Notes: generated by a model not told the origin, from the letters alone. A stretch of 44,297 nt of DNA from Bacteroidota bacterium (GCA_020436175.1 JAGQYH010000002.1:1-44297), one strand, 5' to 3'. Positions 10,035 through 21,652 are shown, counted from the stretch's first letter. Numbers and translations are program-made.

Positions 10035-10976
10035 ATGTCAAAAAGGATTTTAATTACCGGAGCGGCCGGTTTTTTAGGTTCGCATTTATGCGATAAGTTT
10101 GTGAGTGAAGGATATGATGTGATTGGTATGGATAACTTGATTACCGGTTCTTTAGACAATATCAAGCATCATTTTCCTAAGGCAAATTTTCAGTTCTATC
10201 ATCATGATGTAAGTAAATTTGTACATGTCCCGGATCAATTAGATTACATATTGCATTTCGCATCACCTGCAAGTCCTATTGACTATTTGAGAATACCAAT
10301 CCAAACTTTAAAAGTGGGTTCTTTGGGTACTCATAATTTGTTGGGTTTAGCGAGAGTTAAGAATGCTCGAATGTTGATAGCCTCTACTTCTGAGGTGTAT
10401 GGAGACCCCTTAGTTCATCCTCAAAGTGAAGATTATTGGGGCAATGTCAATCCTGTCGGTCCCAGAGGAGTGTATGATGAAGCCAAAAGGTTTCAGGAGG
10501 CAATGACTATGGCCTATCATACTTATCATGGACTGGAAACTAGAATAGTAAGAATTTTTAATACTTATGGTCCAAGAATGCGATTAGATGATGGCAGAGT
10601 GTTACCGGCATTTATGTGTCAAGCTTTAAGAGGGGAGGATTTAACAGCATTCGGAGATGGTACACAAACAAGATCTTTCTGCTATGTAGATGATTTGGTG
10701 GAAGGCATATATAGATTGCTACATTCAGATTATGTGCAGCCTGTGAATATTGGTAATCCTGATGAAGTAACCATCAACGAGTTTGGAAACGAGATTATTG
10801 AATTAACCAACTCGAAGAGCAAGATCATTTATAAGCCATTGCCCATAGACGATCCAATGCGCAGAAGGCCGGATATTTCTTTAGCTAAAAAAATATTGGG
10901 CTGGCAACCGCAAGTAGATAGGAAAGAGGGATTAGCTAAAACCCTAGAAGACTTTAAAGACAGATTAGGGCTGTAA
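10035..10976 (+). CDS. UDP-glucuronate decarboxylase (UDP-xylose synthase), SDR family
   Basis: [14 protein letters not shown], the YDEAKR catalytic motif, and high overall resemblance to UXS enzymes. Directly follows ugd. Confidence 0.85.
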   Translation: MSKRILITGAAGFLGSHLCDKFVSEGYDVIGMDNLITGSLDNIKHHFPKANFQFYHHDVSKFVHVPDQLDYILHFASPASPIDYLRIPIQTLKVGSLGTHNLLGLARVKNARMLIASTSEVYGDPLVHPQSEDYWGNVNPVGPRGVYDEAKRFQEAMTMAYHTYHGLETRIVRIFNTYGPRMRLDDGRVLPAFMCQALRGEDLTAFGDGTQTRSFCYVDDLVEGIYRLLHSDYVQPVNIGNPDEVTINEFGNEIIELTNSKSKIIYKPLPIDDPMRRRPDISLAKKILGWQPQVDRKEGLAKTLEDFKDRLGL

Positions 10977-11020
10977 AGTATTGGATTAAAAGAGTTAAAA
11001 GAATGCCAATAAGCATTTTT

Positions 11021-11974
11021 TTAATGGGCTACCTTCGCTACAATCTCATCATATTTTGAAGCAAATTCCTCATAAACCATTGAAATACCTTCTTTCAAAT
11101 TGATTTTATGATGATAGCCTAAAGAATGTAATCTGGATACATCGGTCAACTTTCTAGGTGTGCCATCAGGTTTAGTAGCATCAAATGTCAGTTCTCCTTC
11201 ATAACCAACCACTTCTTGAATAGTTTCTGCTAATTCTCTGATGGTGACATCCACACCGGTTCCAATATTCACCAATTGATCCCCGGAATAGGTTTGCATC
11301 AGATGAAAGCAAGCTGCTGCCAAATCATCCACATGTAGAAATTCCCTCATGGGAGTGCCTGATCCCCAAATAGTAACGGTAGGTTCATTATTGATCTTGG
11401 CTTCGTGAAACTTTCTGATTAACGCCGGCAATACGTGAGAATTCTCTAAATCGTAATTGTCATTAGGGCCATACAAATTAGTAGGCATTACTGAAATGAA
11501 ATCTACACCATATTGTCTGTTATAAGATTCACAAGTTTTAATGCCGGCAATTTTAGCAATAGCGTAGGGCTCATTGGTAGGTTCCAGATATCCTGAAAGC
11601 AAATATTCTTCCTTTAAAGGTTGCGGCGCCATTTTTGGATAAATACAAGTACTCCCCAAAAATAAAAGTTTTTTGACGTTGTTTAAATAAGAAGAATGGA
11701 TAACATTGTTCTGGATCATCAAATTCTCATAAATAAACTGACCTCTGTATACATTATTGGCATGAATGCCACCTACTCTGGCAGCGGCCATGAAAACATA
11801 ATCCGGTTTTTCCTCTGCAAAAAAGGCTTCCGTATCGGCTTGTCTTGTTAAATTCAATTCAGATGAAGTTCTGAAAACAATATTAGTATATCCTTCAGAT
11901 TTTAATTTTCTGATTATGGCAGAACCAACCATACCTCTGTGTCCGGCAACATATATTTTTGCGTCTTTATTCAT
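11021..11974 (-). CDS. fcl: GDP-L-fucose synthase
   Basis: 317 aa. [22 protein letters not shown]. Downstream of gmd on the same strand. Confidence 0.9.
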   Translation of the reverse strand: MNKDAKIYVAGHRGMVGSAIIRKLKSEGYTNIVFRTSSELNLTRQADTEAFFAEEKPDYVFMAAARVGGIHANNVYRGQFIYENLMIQNNVIHSSYLNNVKKLLFLGSTCIYPKMAPQPLKEEYLLSGYLEPTNEPYAIAKIAGIKTCESYNRQYGVDFISVMPTNLYGPNDNYDLENSHVLPALIRKFHEAKINNEPTVTIWGSGTPMREFLHVDDLAAACFHLMQTYSGDQLVNIGTGVDVTIRELAETIQEVVGYEGELTFDATKPDGTPRKLTDVSRLHSLGYHHKINLKEGISMVYEEFASKYDEIVAKVAH

Positions 11975-12061
11975 TTTTTGAGTTATGAGAAATCAGAAAT
12001 CAGTGAACTGTTGTTTTGTACATTATCAAATCGGATATCCTTATAAACTGAACTCCAAAGT

Positions 12062-13174
12062 CTATTCATGATAATTCATCACCTTATGTCCGCCCTCTTT
12101 AAGGTAAACATCTTTTTCAAACAACTTCAAATCTTCTCTCATCATATCTTCTACTAATGCTTGTAGATCATATTTTGGTTCCCAACCTAATTTGGTTTTA
12201 GACTTGGTAGGATCGCCAATTAAAAGATCCACTTCTGTTGGTCTGAAATATCGCGGATCAACTGCCACTACTTCAGTTCCCAAAGGCAATTGGAATTTTT
12301 CATCTTTACAAGCAGTAACATAACCAATCTCATCAACACCTTCTCCTTTGAAACCTACTTCTATACCCACTTCACCAAAAGCCATTTTTACAAAATCTCT
12401 GATTTCTGTTGTAATGCCGGTAGCAATCACATAATCATCCGGCGCATCTTGTTGTAAGATTAAATACATCGCTTCTACATAATCTTTGGCGTGTCCCCAA
12501 TCTCTCTTGGCATTCAGGTTGCCTAAATAAACTTTTTCTTGAAGACCTAACGCAATTCTCGCTACTGCTCTTGTAATTTTTCTGGTTACGAATGTTTCAC
12601 CTCTTAGCGGACTTTCGTGGTTGAACAAAATTCCGTTACAAGCATAAATACCATAAGCTTCTCTATAGTTAACCGTGATCCAATAGCCATACATTTTTGC
12701 TACGGCGTATGGAGATCTCGGATAGAAAGGTGTGGTTTCTGATTGTGGTATTTCTTGTACTTTACCATATAATTCAGAAGTAGAAGCTTGATAGATCTTA
12801 GTTTTCTTTGTTAAGCCCAATAATCTGATCGCTTCCAACAATCTTAAAGAACCTAACGCATCTACATTGGCAGTGTATTCAGGAGAATCAAAACTTACCG
12901 CCACATGTGATTGTGCACCTAAGTTGTAGATCTCATCCGGTTGAACTTCTTGTATGATCCTGATCAAATTGGTAGCATCCGTAAGATCACCGAAGTGAAG
13001 TTTAAATTTTCTATTGGTTACATGAGGATCTTGGTATAGATGATCAATTCTGTCGGTATTGAACAATGAACTTCTTCTTTTAATACCGTGAACTTCGTAT
13101 CCTTTCTTTAACAATAATTCTGCTAAATAAGCGCCATCCTGTCCTGTTACTCCTGTGATTAATGCTTTTTTCAT
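12062..13174 (-). CDS. gmd: GDP-mannose 4,6-dehydratase
   Basis: 370 aa. [48 protein letters not shown] are all characteristic. Confidence 0.95.
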   Translation of the reverse strand: MKKALITGVTGQDGAYLAELLLKKGYEVHGIKRRSSLFNTDRIDHLYQDPHVTNRKFKLHFGDLTDATNLIRIIQEVQPDEIYNLGAQSHVAVSFDSPEYTANVDALGSLRLLEAIRLLGLTKKTKIYQASTSELYGKVQEIPQSETTPFYPRSPYAVAKMYGYWITVNYREAYGIYACNGILFNHESPLRGETFVTRKITRAVARIALGLQEKVYLGNLNAKRDWGHAKDYVEAMYLILQQDAPDDYVIATGITTEIRDFVKMAFGEVGIEVGFKGEGVDEIGYVTACKDEKFQLPLGTEVVAVDPRYFRPTEVDLLIGDPTKSKTKLGWEPKYDLQALVEDMMREDLKLFEKDVYLKEGGHKVMNYHE

Positions 13175-13277
13175 TTTGATTCTTATTTGTATTTATCCTC
13201 TTAATCAATGAGGTGTTATTCTTTTTTTAATCGTTGGTGCGCAAAATTACAAGTATTTTTCATAAATCGCAGTCAGA

Positions 13278-13874
13278 ATGGCATCAAACAGGCGATTTTA
13301 CCATATAGCAATAATAGCTTCGGGTACAGGAAGTAATGCAAAGGCTATTGTCAATTACTTTAAAAATCATGATAAGGTTAAAGTTTCGATGCTTTTATCC
13401 AATAGACATTCTTCCGGAGTCGTCGCTATTGCTGAAGAAAATGACATTCCTTGTGTAGTTTTTAACAAAGAGGAGTTTAATTCTCCGGAAGCATTTTTAC
13501 CGTTGTTGAAAAGCAATAGCATTGATTTTATCATTCTGGCCGGCTTCTTATGGTTGGTTCCCATTTATTTAGTAGATGCATTTGAAAACAGAATCATCAA
13601 TATTCATCCTTCGCTACTCCCAAAATACGGAGGAAAGGGGATGTTTGGTATGAATGTCCACCGATCCGTTTTTGAAAATCATGAAAAAAAATCAGGCTTA
13701 ACCATCCATTTGGTCAATAAAGAATACGACAAAGGAGAAGTATTGTTTCAGCAAAAAGTAGATATTTCTGATTGTAGTTCACCCAACGAGATTGCCGATC
13801 GAATTTTAGAAAAAGAACATCATTTTTATCCTGCTGTAATTGAGAAATATATCCTAAGTTGTAAAGAAATTTAA
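13278..13874 (+). CDS. purN: Phosphoribosylglycinamide formyltransferase
   Basis: 198 aa. IASGTGSNAKAI, INIHPSLLPKYGGKGM. Confidence 0.9.
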   Translation: MASNRRFYHIAIIASGTGSNAKAIVNYFKNHDKVKVSMLLSNRHSSGVVAIAEENDIPCVVFNKEEFNSPEAFLPLLKSNSIDFIILAGFLWLVPIYLVDAFENRIINIHPSLLPKYGGKGMFGMNVHRSVFENHEKKSGLTIHLVNKEYDKGEVLFQQKVDISDCSSPNEIADRILEKEHHFYPAVIEKYILSCKEI

Positions 13875-13972
13875 TACTTGTGGAAATGCTTATAAAATAC
13901 CAACGACAACTTAAATTTGATGATATATTTCTTTAATTTTGCCCCATTGAATTACCACGAAACAACCAACCA

Positions 13973-15490
13973 TTGAAAAAAATTAAGTCTGCCCTAATTT
14001 CAGTATTTCATAAAGATGGACTGGAATCAATACTTGATGTGCTTAATAAAAATAATGTTGTCATTTATTCAACCGGCGGAACCTACCAATTTATTGAAGA
14101 AAAAGGTTATGATGTAAAGGCTGTTGAGGATCTTACTACTTATCCGTCAATACTCGGAGGCAGGGTAAAAACATTACATCCGAAGATTTTTGGAGGGATT
14201 TTATCCAGAAGAGCATTGGATTCGGATGTAGCACAATTAGACGAATATGATATTCCGGAAATTGATTTAGTTATTGTCGATCTATATCCATTTGAAGAAA
14301 CAGTAAAGAATACCAATGACGAAGCTGCGATTATAGAAAAGATAGATATTGGAGGAATTGCTTTGATTAGAGCCGCTGCCAAAAATTATAAAGATGTTGC
14401 TATTGTATCTCACAGAGGTCAATACCAATATTTGGTAGAGATTCTTAATGAAAAAGAGGGATGCACAAGCTTAAGCGACAGAAAACAATTAGCGGCTGCA
14501 GCGTTCAACACCTCTTCTCATTATGATACCGCCATCTTCAATTATTTCAATCAGACAGAAGATATAAATGCATTGAAAACCAGTTTTCAAAATGGTGAAG
14601 TGTTGAGATACGGTGAAAATCCGCACCAATCGGCCAAATATTTTGGTGATCTCGATGCCATTTTTGAAAAACTGAACGGCAAGGCATTATCATATAATAA
14701 TTTGGTGGATATTGATGCTGCCGTGCATTTGATAGGCGAATTTACTGACACCACTTTTGTGGTGATCAAGCATACCAATTCATGTGGTGTCGCTAGCCGA
14801 CCAACGGTTTTGGAAGCATGGAAAGCGGCATTAGCCGGCGATCCTGTCTCTGCTTTTGGAGGGATATTGATTACCAATGCAAAAATTGATTTGGCCACTG
14901 CCCAGGAGATTAACAAGATCTTCTACGAAGTATTGATAGCGCCGGAATTTGATGGCGATGCTTTGGCATTATTGCAGTCTAAAAAGAACACTAGAATTTT
15001 AAAGCAAAAGAGCAAGGAATTCCCTTCTAAACTATTTAAGACGCTTTTGAATGGTGTAATTGAACAAGATGCAGATAAGCAAATCGAGTCCAAAAAGGAT
15101 TGGAAGAAAGCCACTGAAAAAGCACCTTCCGGTCAAGAGGAAAACGATTTGGAATTTGCTTTGAAAGTATGTAAACACTTAAAGTCCAATACCATCGTTC
15201 TTGCAAAGGATAATCAGTTGCTGGGCATGGGTTGTGGACAAACATCGAGGGTGGATGCTTTGAGGCAAGCCATTGAGAAGGCAGGGAATATGGGATTTGA
15301 TCTCAAAGGTGCAGTGATGGCATCAGATGCTTTTTTTCCGTTTCCGGATTGTGTGGATATAGCGGGAGACGCCGGTATAACAGCAGTTGTTCAACCCGGT
15401 GGATCTATTAAGGATCAAGATTCTATTGATTGTTGTAACCAAAAAGGTATGTCCATGGTTTTAACCGGCATACGTCATTTTAAACATTAA
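13973..15490 (+). CDS. purH: Bifunctional AICAR transformylase / IMP cyclohydrolase
   Basis: 505 aa with a TTG start. ALISVFHKDGL, GGRVKTLHPKIFGGIL, the C-terminal QPGGSIKDQ, and RHFKH at the end. Confidence 0.95.
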   Translation: MKKIKSALISVFHKDGLESILDVLNKNNVVIYSTGGTYQFIEEKGYDVKAVEDLTTYPSILGGRVKTLHPKIFGGILSRRALDSDVAQLDEYDIPEIDLVIVDLYPFEETVKNTNDEAAIIEKIDIGGIALIRAAAKNYKDVAIVSHRGQYQYLVEILNEKEGCTSLSDRKQLAAAAFNTSSHYDTAIFNYFNQTEDINALKTSFQNGEVLRYGENPHQSAKYFGDLDAIFEKLNGKALSYNNLVDIDAAVHLIGEFTDTTFVVIKHTNSCGVASRPTVLEAWKAALAGDPVSAFGGILITNAKIDLATAQEINKIFYEVLIAPEFDGDALALLQSKKNTRILKQKSKEFPSKLFKTLLNGVIEQDADKQIESKKDWKKATEKAPSGQEENDLEFALKVCKHLKSNTIVLAKDNQLLGMGCGQTSRVDALRQAIEKAGNMGFDLKGAVMASDAFFPFPDCVDIAGDAGITAVVQPGGSIKDQDSIDCCNQKGMSMVLTGIRHFKH

Positions 15491-15508
15491 TAAACAGGAA
15501 AAGTAGAG

Positions 15509-16531
15509 ATGGGTTTGTTTAACTTTTTTTCTAAGGAAATAGCCATTGACCTCGGAACGGCCAATACGCTAATCATATATAAAGACAAAGTAATTGTAGA
15601 TCAGCCATCTATTGTGGCAATCGATATCAAAACGGAACAAGTGATTGCAGTTGGTGAAAAGGCACTGCAAATGCAAGGTAAAACCCATGACAAGGTGGAA
15701 ACCATCCGGCCGTTGAAAGATGGAGTAATCGCTGATTTTAGAGCGGCCGAAGCCATGATACGAGGTTTCATTGCCATGATGAATGAAAGTAACCGATGGT
15801 TCAAGCCTTCCTTGACCATGGTAATTTGTATTCCTTCAGGTATAACAGAAGTAGAGAAAAGAGCGGTTTTTGATTCGGCTGAACATGCCAATGCCAGAGA
15901 ACGTTATCTGATCTACGAACCAATGGCAGCAGCTTTAGGGATTGGTTTGGATGTGGAACAACCACAGGGAAATATGATCATTGATATTGGAGGTGGAACT
16001 ACCGAAATTGCTGTGATCTCTCTATCAGGCATCGTTTCGGATCAGTCCATTCGAGTAGCCGGAGATGAGTTTACTTATGATATTATTGAATATGTCAAAC
16101 GACAGCACAATATTTTGATTGGTGAGCGCACAGCGGAAGCCATAAAGATAAATGCAGGATCTGCGCTACAGAATTTAGATGAGCCACCGGAAGATTATGC
16201 CGTTCACGGACGAGATTTGATCACCGGAATACCGAAACAAATCATTGTATCTTATTCTGAAATTGCCGGAGCATTGGATAAGTCTATTTCTAAAATAGAA
16301 GAAGCTATCATGAAATCTCTGGAAGGTACACCGCCGGAGTTAGCATCCGATATTTATCAAAGAGGTTTGCATTTAACCGGAGGAGGAGCTTTATTGAGAG
16401 GATTGGATCAACGGATCAGTGCGAAAACAAAGCTGCCTGTTAAGGTAGCTGAAGACCCATTGAGGGCAGTGGTTCGGGGAACAGGCTTGGCATTGAAGAA
16501 CAGACATAAATATACTTTCTTAATGAGTTAG
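15509..16531 (+). CDS. mreB: Rod shape-determining protein MreB
   Basis: 340 aa actin-like ATPase. IAIDLGTANTLI, IDIGGGTTEIAVISL, LTGGGALLRGLD. Confidence 0.95.
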   Translation: MGLFNFFSKEIAIDLGTANTLIIYKDKVIVDQPSIVAIDIKTEQVIAVGEKALQMQGKTHDKVETIRPLKDGVIADFRAAEAMIRGFIAMMNESNRWFKPSLTMVICIPSGITEVEKRAVFDSAEHANARERYLIYEPMAAALGIGLDVEQPQGNMIIDIGGGTTEIAVISLSGIVSDQSIRVAGDEFTYDIIEYVKRQHNILIGERTAEAIKINAGSALQNLDEPPEDYAVHGRDLITGIPKQIIVSYSEIAGALDKSISKIEEAIMKSLEGTPPELASDIYQRGLHLTGGGALLRGLDQRISAKTKLPVKVAEDPLRAVVRGTGLALKNRHKYTFLMS

Positions 16532-16700
16532 CAATTGGAACTTTGAAAGGCGTAAAACAAATTTCAATTGGTAAGAGAAACAGAATATTAAATGTTGAAC
16601 CCAATTGTGGATGAAGTGATTGAAAATAAATACAATCATAAAACAAATAGCACCATTTTAATTGGCTTACAGCGCATAGCTTATAGCGAAAAGCTAAAGT

Positions 16701-17516
16701 ATGCGTAACCTATTTCTATTCATAAAGCAATTCTATCCATTATTTCTTTTTCTTTTTTTAGAGATCATAGCCTTCATTTTAATTTCCGGATCGAATGCGT
16801 ATCACCACACCACTTTTGTCAATTCTTCACATAAGGTAACCGGTGTGTTTTATGAAAAACAAGATAATATTACCGAGTATTTCGAATTGAAACAGGTGAA
16901 CGAAGTACTGGAAGCCGAAAATGCCATGCTGCGCAACAAAATTTCCAGATTCAAAACACTGGCAGATTCAGGTAAAGTGGATACGGTTGGTAAAGTGGTG
17001 TATGAGTTTTGGCCGGCCAATGTTATCAACCATACCACACAAAAGAAGTATAACTACTTTACTTTAGATAAAGGGAAGAAGGATGGCATGGTAGAAGGAA
17101 TGGGTGTAATTGACTCCAAAGGAATTGTTGGAATGGTAACCAATGTTTCAAACAATTATTCTGTTGGTCTATCCATGCTAAACAATAATGCCAGAACTAG
17201 TGTGAAGCATAAAAAGTCAGGTGCTATCGGCTTAATGCGATGGACGGGAAATGATGTTTTAACTCATTACGTAGAAGACATTACCAAAACTGCTAAAGTT
17301 GTCATTGGAGATACCATGGTTACCAGCGGATATTCTACTTTTTATCCGGAAGGTATTGCGGTAGGGATAGTAACCAAATCAGAATTGAGAGAAGGAAGCA
17401 ATTTCTACGATATTGAAGTGAGGCTGACAAGCAACATATTGTCGTTAGAAAAGGTTTATGTCGTAAATCATCATGATAAAATTGAATTGGATAGTTTAGA
17501 AAACATACCCGAATGA
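16701..17516 (+). CDS. mreC: Rod shape-determining protein MreC
   Basis: N-terminal TM, a coiled segment (LEAENAMLRNKI) and a beta-rich C-domain. Lies between mreB and mreD. Confidence 0.8.
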   Translation: MRNLFLFIKQFYPLFLFLFLEIIAFILISGSNAYHHTTFVNSSHKVTGVFYEKQDNITEYFELKQVNEVLEAENAMLRNKISRFKTLADSGKVDTVGKVVYEFWPANVINHTTQKKYNYFTLDKGKKDGMVEGMGVIDSKGIVGMVTNVSNNYSVGLSMLNNNARTSVKHKKSGAIGLMRWTGNDVLTHYVEDITKTAKVVIGDTMVTSGYSTFYPEGIAVGIVTKSELREGSNFYDIEVRLTSNILSLEKVYVVNHHDKIELDSLENIPE

Positions 17517-18022
17517 CATTTAAATACACATTGAATAATTTATTGGTGCTGATAGTCGTATTACTACTGCAAATATTTGTATTCAATAATGTGAATGTCT
17601 ATAATCTGGGATTTCCTATGATTTATCCACTTGTAATCTTGTTGATCCCTGTCAAACAACCGGCGTATTGGGTAATGTTAGCCGCCTTTTTTACAGGATT
17701 AATACTCGACTTTTTTACCAATAGCGGAGGTTTGCACGCGGCCTCATTGACGGCCATGGCCTTTGCCAGAATTTTAGTGATCAATAAATTGGAACCACAA
17801 GCTAATTATGGAAAAGATGATCGTCCCGGTATTGTCAAATTTGGCTTGCAATGGACAGTCATCTACTTTTCTATTTTGATCTTAGTGCATCACTTCTTTT
17901 ATTTTTTGGTGGAAGAGAGTTCTGTTAGGCATTTTGGAGAAGTGTTATTGAAAACAGGCATCAGTGGCATCTTGTCTTTTATTTTAATGATCGCTTTAAA
18001 CGCCTTTATTTTTAGGAGTTAA
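17513..18022 (+). CDS. mreD: Rod shape-determining protein MreD (assigned by position and polytopic membrane character)
   Basis: 169 aa hydrophobic protein. ATGA overlap with mreC. Directly followed by mrdA. Confidence 0.65.
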   Translation: MTFKYTLNNLLVLIVVLLLQIFVFNNVNVYNLGFPMIYPLVILLIPVKQPAYWVMLAAFFTGLILDFFTNSGGLHAASLTAMAFARILVINKLEPQANYGKDDRPGIVKFGLQWTVIYFSILILVHHFFYFLVEESSVRHFGEVLLKTGISGILSFILMIALNAFIFRS

Positions 18023-19858
18023 ATGATAGAAAAGGAGCAGCAGTACGGAATCTTAAGAACAATGACCATTGTTATTGGCTTAATATTATTGGCTAAACTC
18101 TTTATGATTCAGGTGATCAATCCCAGTTATAAATTAAGAGCTAGAAACAATGTCGTAAAAATGAGGACAGAATTTCCGTCAAGAGGTTTGATCTTTGACC
18201 GTAACGGAAAGGTGATTGTCTATAATGATCCTGTTTATGACATCATGGTAACGGCAAAGCAGTTGAAAGACATCGATACTGTAAAGCTTTGCCAATTGTT
18301 AGAGCTTACGCAAGCCGATTTTGAAGAAAGAATGGGAAAGGTGATAGAGGCAAAAAGTCCCAGAAAGCCGGTTATTTTTTTGAGAAACATTACGCCGGTC
18401 AAGTTTGCCAAATTTCATGAGCATCTTTATGAATTCAAGGGTTTTTCATTCGATAAGAAGAGTATCCGAAGATACCCGAATGGCGGAGCGGCTCATGTCT
18501 TGGGATATATCAGTGAAGTAAACGATAGAGAGATTGAAGCCAGTGATGGTTATTATAAGCCCGGCGATTATGCCGGAACCATTGGTTTGGAAAAAGCCTA
18601 TGAGGAAAAGTTGAGAGGCATAAAGGGCATACGATACGAAGTGGTGGATGTGTTTAATAACTTGCAAGGCTCATTTAATAATGGTGCCGAAGATATTATT
18701 CCTGAGGCCGGCACCGACTTAATGAGTTCGTTAGATATTGATCTTCAGATCTACGGAGAAGCATTGATGAAGAACAAATTGGGTTCAGTAGTAGCCATTG
18801 AGCCATCCACCGGAGAAGTGTTGGCGTATGTCAGTAGTCCGGGGTATGATCCGAATTTGTTAAGTGGAAGGTATCGTGGGCACAATTACAGTATACTTAG
18901 TCAGGATACTTTAAAACCACTTTACAACCGACCGGTCTCTGCGGCTTATCCTCCGGGAAGTACCTTTAAACCAATGATGTCATTAATTGCTTATCAAGAA
19001 GGGATAAAAAAGCCTACGGATGGATATGTGTGTAATGGCGGATATAGAATTCCCGGTCATACTGTAGGTTGCCATGCTCATGTTCCGTTGCAATCCGGAA
19101 GAGATGCTATTCGATTTTCTTGTAACGCTTATTATTGCGACATTTTATCGAAGATGCTTTCAGGCAAACAATATGGCAGTGTGGAAGAAGCCTACAAAGT
19201 CTGGGCAGATTATCTGGATCAGTTTGGCTTTGGGAAACGTTTGAATATTGATGTGCTTTCCGAAAATACAGGTAATGTTCCTTCAGTAGAATATTATAAT
19301 AAGATATATGGCAAGAATAGGTGGAAGGCCAGTACGGTAATTTCATTGGCCATTGGTCAGGGTGAAATTTTGGCTACTCCACTGCAAATGGCTAATGAGG
19401 TGGCCATCATTGCCAATCGGGGATATTATTATGAACCACATTTAGTGAAAGCAGAGGTGAAGAATGATACGGCACGAACCACTCGATTTGAAAAGCATAT
19501 CATAAAAATTGATGCATCCCTTTTTGAAGAGGTTGTTTTAGGAATGGAGGATGTGTTCATTAGCGGTACAGGAAGAGGGGTGTTCAAAGAAGGCTTTTCT
19601 CAATGCGGAAAAACCGGAACGGCAGAGAATCCTCATGGCAAGGATCATTCCTTGTTTGTAGCCTTTGCACCGAAAGATGATCCGAAAATTGCCATTGCGG
19701 TGATTGTTGAAAATGCAGGTTTTGGTTCTACTTATGCGGCGCCAATTGCTTCCTTAATGATGGAAAAGTATGTAAACGACAGCATTTCGTCGGATAGGAT
19801 TTGGATAGAAGAAAAGATGTTAAAAGCAAATTTAATCAGCCATGAGGACGCGAAGTAA
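18023..19858 (+). CDS. mrdA: Penicillin-binding protein 2 (elongasome transpeptidase)
   Basis: 611 aa. STFKP (SxxK), SCNAYY (SxN), GKTGTA (KTG). Confidence 0.9.
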   Translation: MIEKEQQYGILRTMTIVIGLILLAKLFMIQVINPSYKLRARNNVVKMRTEFPSRGLIFDRNGKVIVYNDPVYDIMVTAKQLKDIDTVKLCQLLELTQADFEERMGKVIEAKSPRKPVIFLRNITPVKFAKFHEHLYEFKGFSFDKKSIRRYPNGGAAHVLGYISEVNDREIEASDGYYKPGDYAGTIGLEKAYEEKLRGIKGIRYEVVDVFNNLQGSFNNGAEDIIPEAGTDLMSSLDIDLQIYGEALMKNKLGSVVAIEPSTGEVLAYVSSPGYDPNLLSGRYRGHNYSILSQDTLKPLYNRPVSAAYPPGSTFKPMMSLIAYQEGIKKPTDGYVCNGGYRIPGHTVGCHAHVPLQSGRDAIRFSCNAYYCDILSKMLSGKQYGSVEEAYKVWADYLDQFGFGKRLNIDVLSENTGNVPSVEYYNKIYGKNRWKASTVISLAIGQGEILATPLQMANEVAIIANRGYYYEPHLVKAEVKNDTARTTRFEKHIIKIDASLFEEVVLGMEDVFISGTGRGVFKEGFSQCGKTGTAENPHGKDHSLFVAFAPKDDPKIAIAVIVENAGFGSTYAAPIASLMMEKYVNDSISSDRIWIEEKMLKANLISHEDAK

Positions 19859-21104
19859 TTTGTTCGGACCGATTGATGAGGTGCTGGTATTTATATTGCT
19901 GGCACTGATGTTGATTGGATTCGGAGCTATTTTTACATCACAATATGAGCCACAAAACTGGCACTTGTTTGATATGAGTAAGAACTATGGCAAGCAATTA
20001 CTATGGATTGGCATCTCACTATCCATGTTTATTTTTGTTCAGCTGATTGATGCCAGATTGATTGTTTCACTTTCCTATCTAATATATGGATTGATGATCG
20101 GCCTGCTGCTCATCGTCTTTGTGAAGGGGCAGTCCGTAGGGGGTAATCAGAACTGGATCAATTTTGGATTTTTCAAATTACAACCCTCTGAATTCGTAAA
20201 ATATGGCACAGCGTTGGCATTATCCCGGTTTTTAAGTAGGCCGCTCGTGCGATTTAGCCGATTAAAGGATCGAATGATCGTTGGCGCCATTATTGGTTTG
20301 CCATTGCTGTTGATCCTTAAGCAAGGCGATGTAGGCTCAGCTCTAGTGTACGTAGGGTTTGTATTTGTTTTGAATAGAGTCGGTTTGCCCAATGGATTAA
20401 TATACCTAGGGCTGTATATTATTACCATTTCTGTGCTTTCCTTATTGATCAATGAGTATTTTTTAATGGGCGGATTGGTTTTGATCAGTTTGATCATCAT
20501 TTATTTCAATAGGAAATCCAGACAACTGGTTTACTTCGTGGGTATTGTCGCTTTGGTTTCTTGTTTATATATAAAAGGTGTGGATCTGATCTTTAATAAT
20601 GTTTTGAAAGATTACCATCGAGAGCGAATAAATGTGATGTTGGGCAAGGTTTCCGATAATGCCGGAGCTGCATATAATCTTAACCAATCCAAAATTGCCA
20701 TCGGTTCCGGTGGTGTTTTTGGTAAAGGTTATTTGAACGGAACACAAACCAGATATGATTTCGTGCCGGAATTAAGTACGGATTTTATTTTTTGTACCAT
20801 CGGGGAGGAATTGGGATTTTTAGGTTCTATTATAGTGATCAGCCTATTTGTGTCGCTGATCTTACGCATCATTTATTTGGCAGAACGACAGCGTTCGGTG
20901 TTCAATCAACTATTCATGTACTGCGTTGCATCCATTATTTTTATGCATTTCATCATTAACATTGGTATGACCATCGGATTGGCTCCTGTAATCGGTATCC
21001 CATTGCCATTTATCAGCTATGGCGGGTCTTCTTTAATATCATTTACATTGATGATCGCCACCGTAATCAAATTAGATAGCGATAGGTTATTGCATTTCAG
21101 ATAA
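19842..21104 (+). CDS. rodA: Rod shape-determining SEDS protein RodA
   Basis: 420 aa polytopic protein. FKLQPSEFVKYG, TDFIFCTIGEELGFLG, PLPFISYGGSS. Confidence 0.9.
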   Translation: MRTRSNLFGPIDEVLVFILLALMLIGFGAIFTSQYEPQNWHLFDMSKNYGKQLLWIGISLSMFIFVQLIDARLIVSLSYLIYGLMIGLLLIVFVKGQSVGGNQNWINFGFFKLQPSEFVKYGTALALSRFLSRPLVRFSRLKDRMIVGAIIGLPLLLILKQGDVGSALVYVGFVFVLNRVGLPNGLIYLGLYIITISVLSLLINEYFLMGGLVLISLIIIYFNRKSRQLVYFVGIVALVSCLYIKGVDLIFNNVLKDYHRERINVMLGKVSDNAGAAYNLNQSKIAIGSGGVFGKGYLNGTQTRYDFVPELSTDFIFCTIGEELGFLGSIIVISLFVSLILRIIYLAERQRSVFNQLFMYCVASIIFMHFIINIGMTIGLAPVIGIPLPFISYGGSSLISFTLMIATVIKLDSDRLLHFR

Positions 21105-21167
21105 GATAATGGAAGAGTTGTTTGAACGGACTCAGCTAAGCGCTGGAGACGATTTCAGCACTTTGAT

Positions 21168-21521
21168 TTATGCAGAAAATGAACTGCCGCAGCCACAGGT
21201 TTCACCGGCATTCGGATTGTTGAACACAAAACCTCTGTTGTCTAATCCTTCAGTATAATCTAATTCGGTGCCATCCAAATATAACTCGTGCGCTTTTTCT
21301 ATGATTACAGTAATACCGTCAACTTGATAGGCATTGTCTTTTTCAGAAGGTTTATCAAAACCTAAAATATAACTAAACCCGGCACATCCACCACCTTTAA
21401 CACCAACTCTCAAGCCATAACCTTCTGGCACTTCTTTTTCACTCAAAAGATTTTTTACTTCTTTGATGGCACCTTCACTAAGTTTAATGGGGGCTTTATC
21501 TATAATTTCTACAGTACTCAT
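21168..21521 (-). CDS. HesB/IscA/ErpA-family iron-sulfur cluster insertion protein
   Basis: 117 aa. GGGCAGFSY and the C-terminal CGCGSSF cysteine motif. Confidence 0.85.
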   Translation of the reverse strand: MSTVEIIDKAPIKLSEGAIKEVKNLLSEKEVPEGYGLRVGVKGGGCAGFSYILGFDKPSEKDNAYQVDGITVIIEKAHELYLDGTELDYTEGLDNRGFVFNNPNAGETCGCGSSFSA

Positions 21522-21652
21522 TTAATATTTTTTAATCAGAATAACAAAAATGCTATCAATACAGTTCTATATATTTGAAGTGAATTGAATCGTTTAGTCT
21601 AATTGACCATAAAAATAATAAGAATTAACAACAAATTTTAAACGCTATCTCA

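Noticed and set aside
13367-20747. Multiple 60-117-aa minus-strand ORFs inside purN, purH, mreB, mreC, mrdA and rodA (for example 14587-14916 and 20147-20500).
   Set aside because: They are antisense to highly conserved housekeeping genes, have no recognisable motifs, and carry the compositional mirror of the sense frame.
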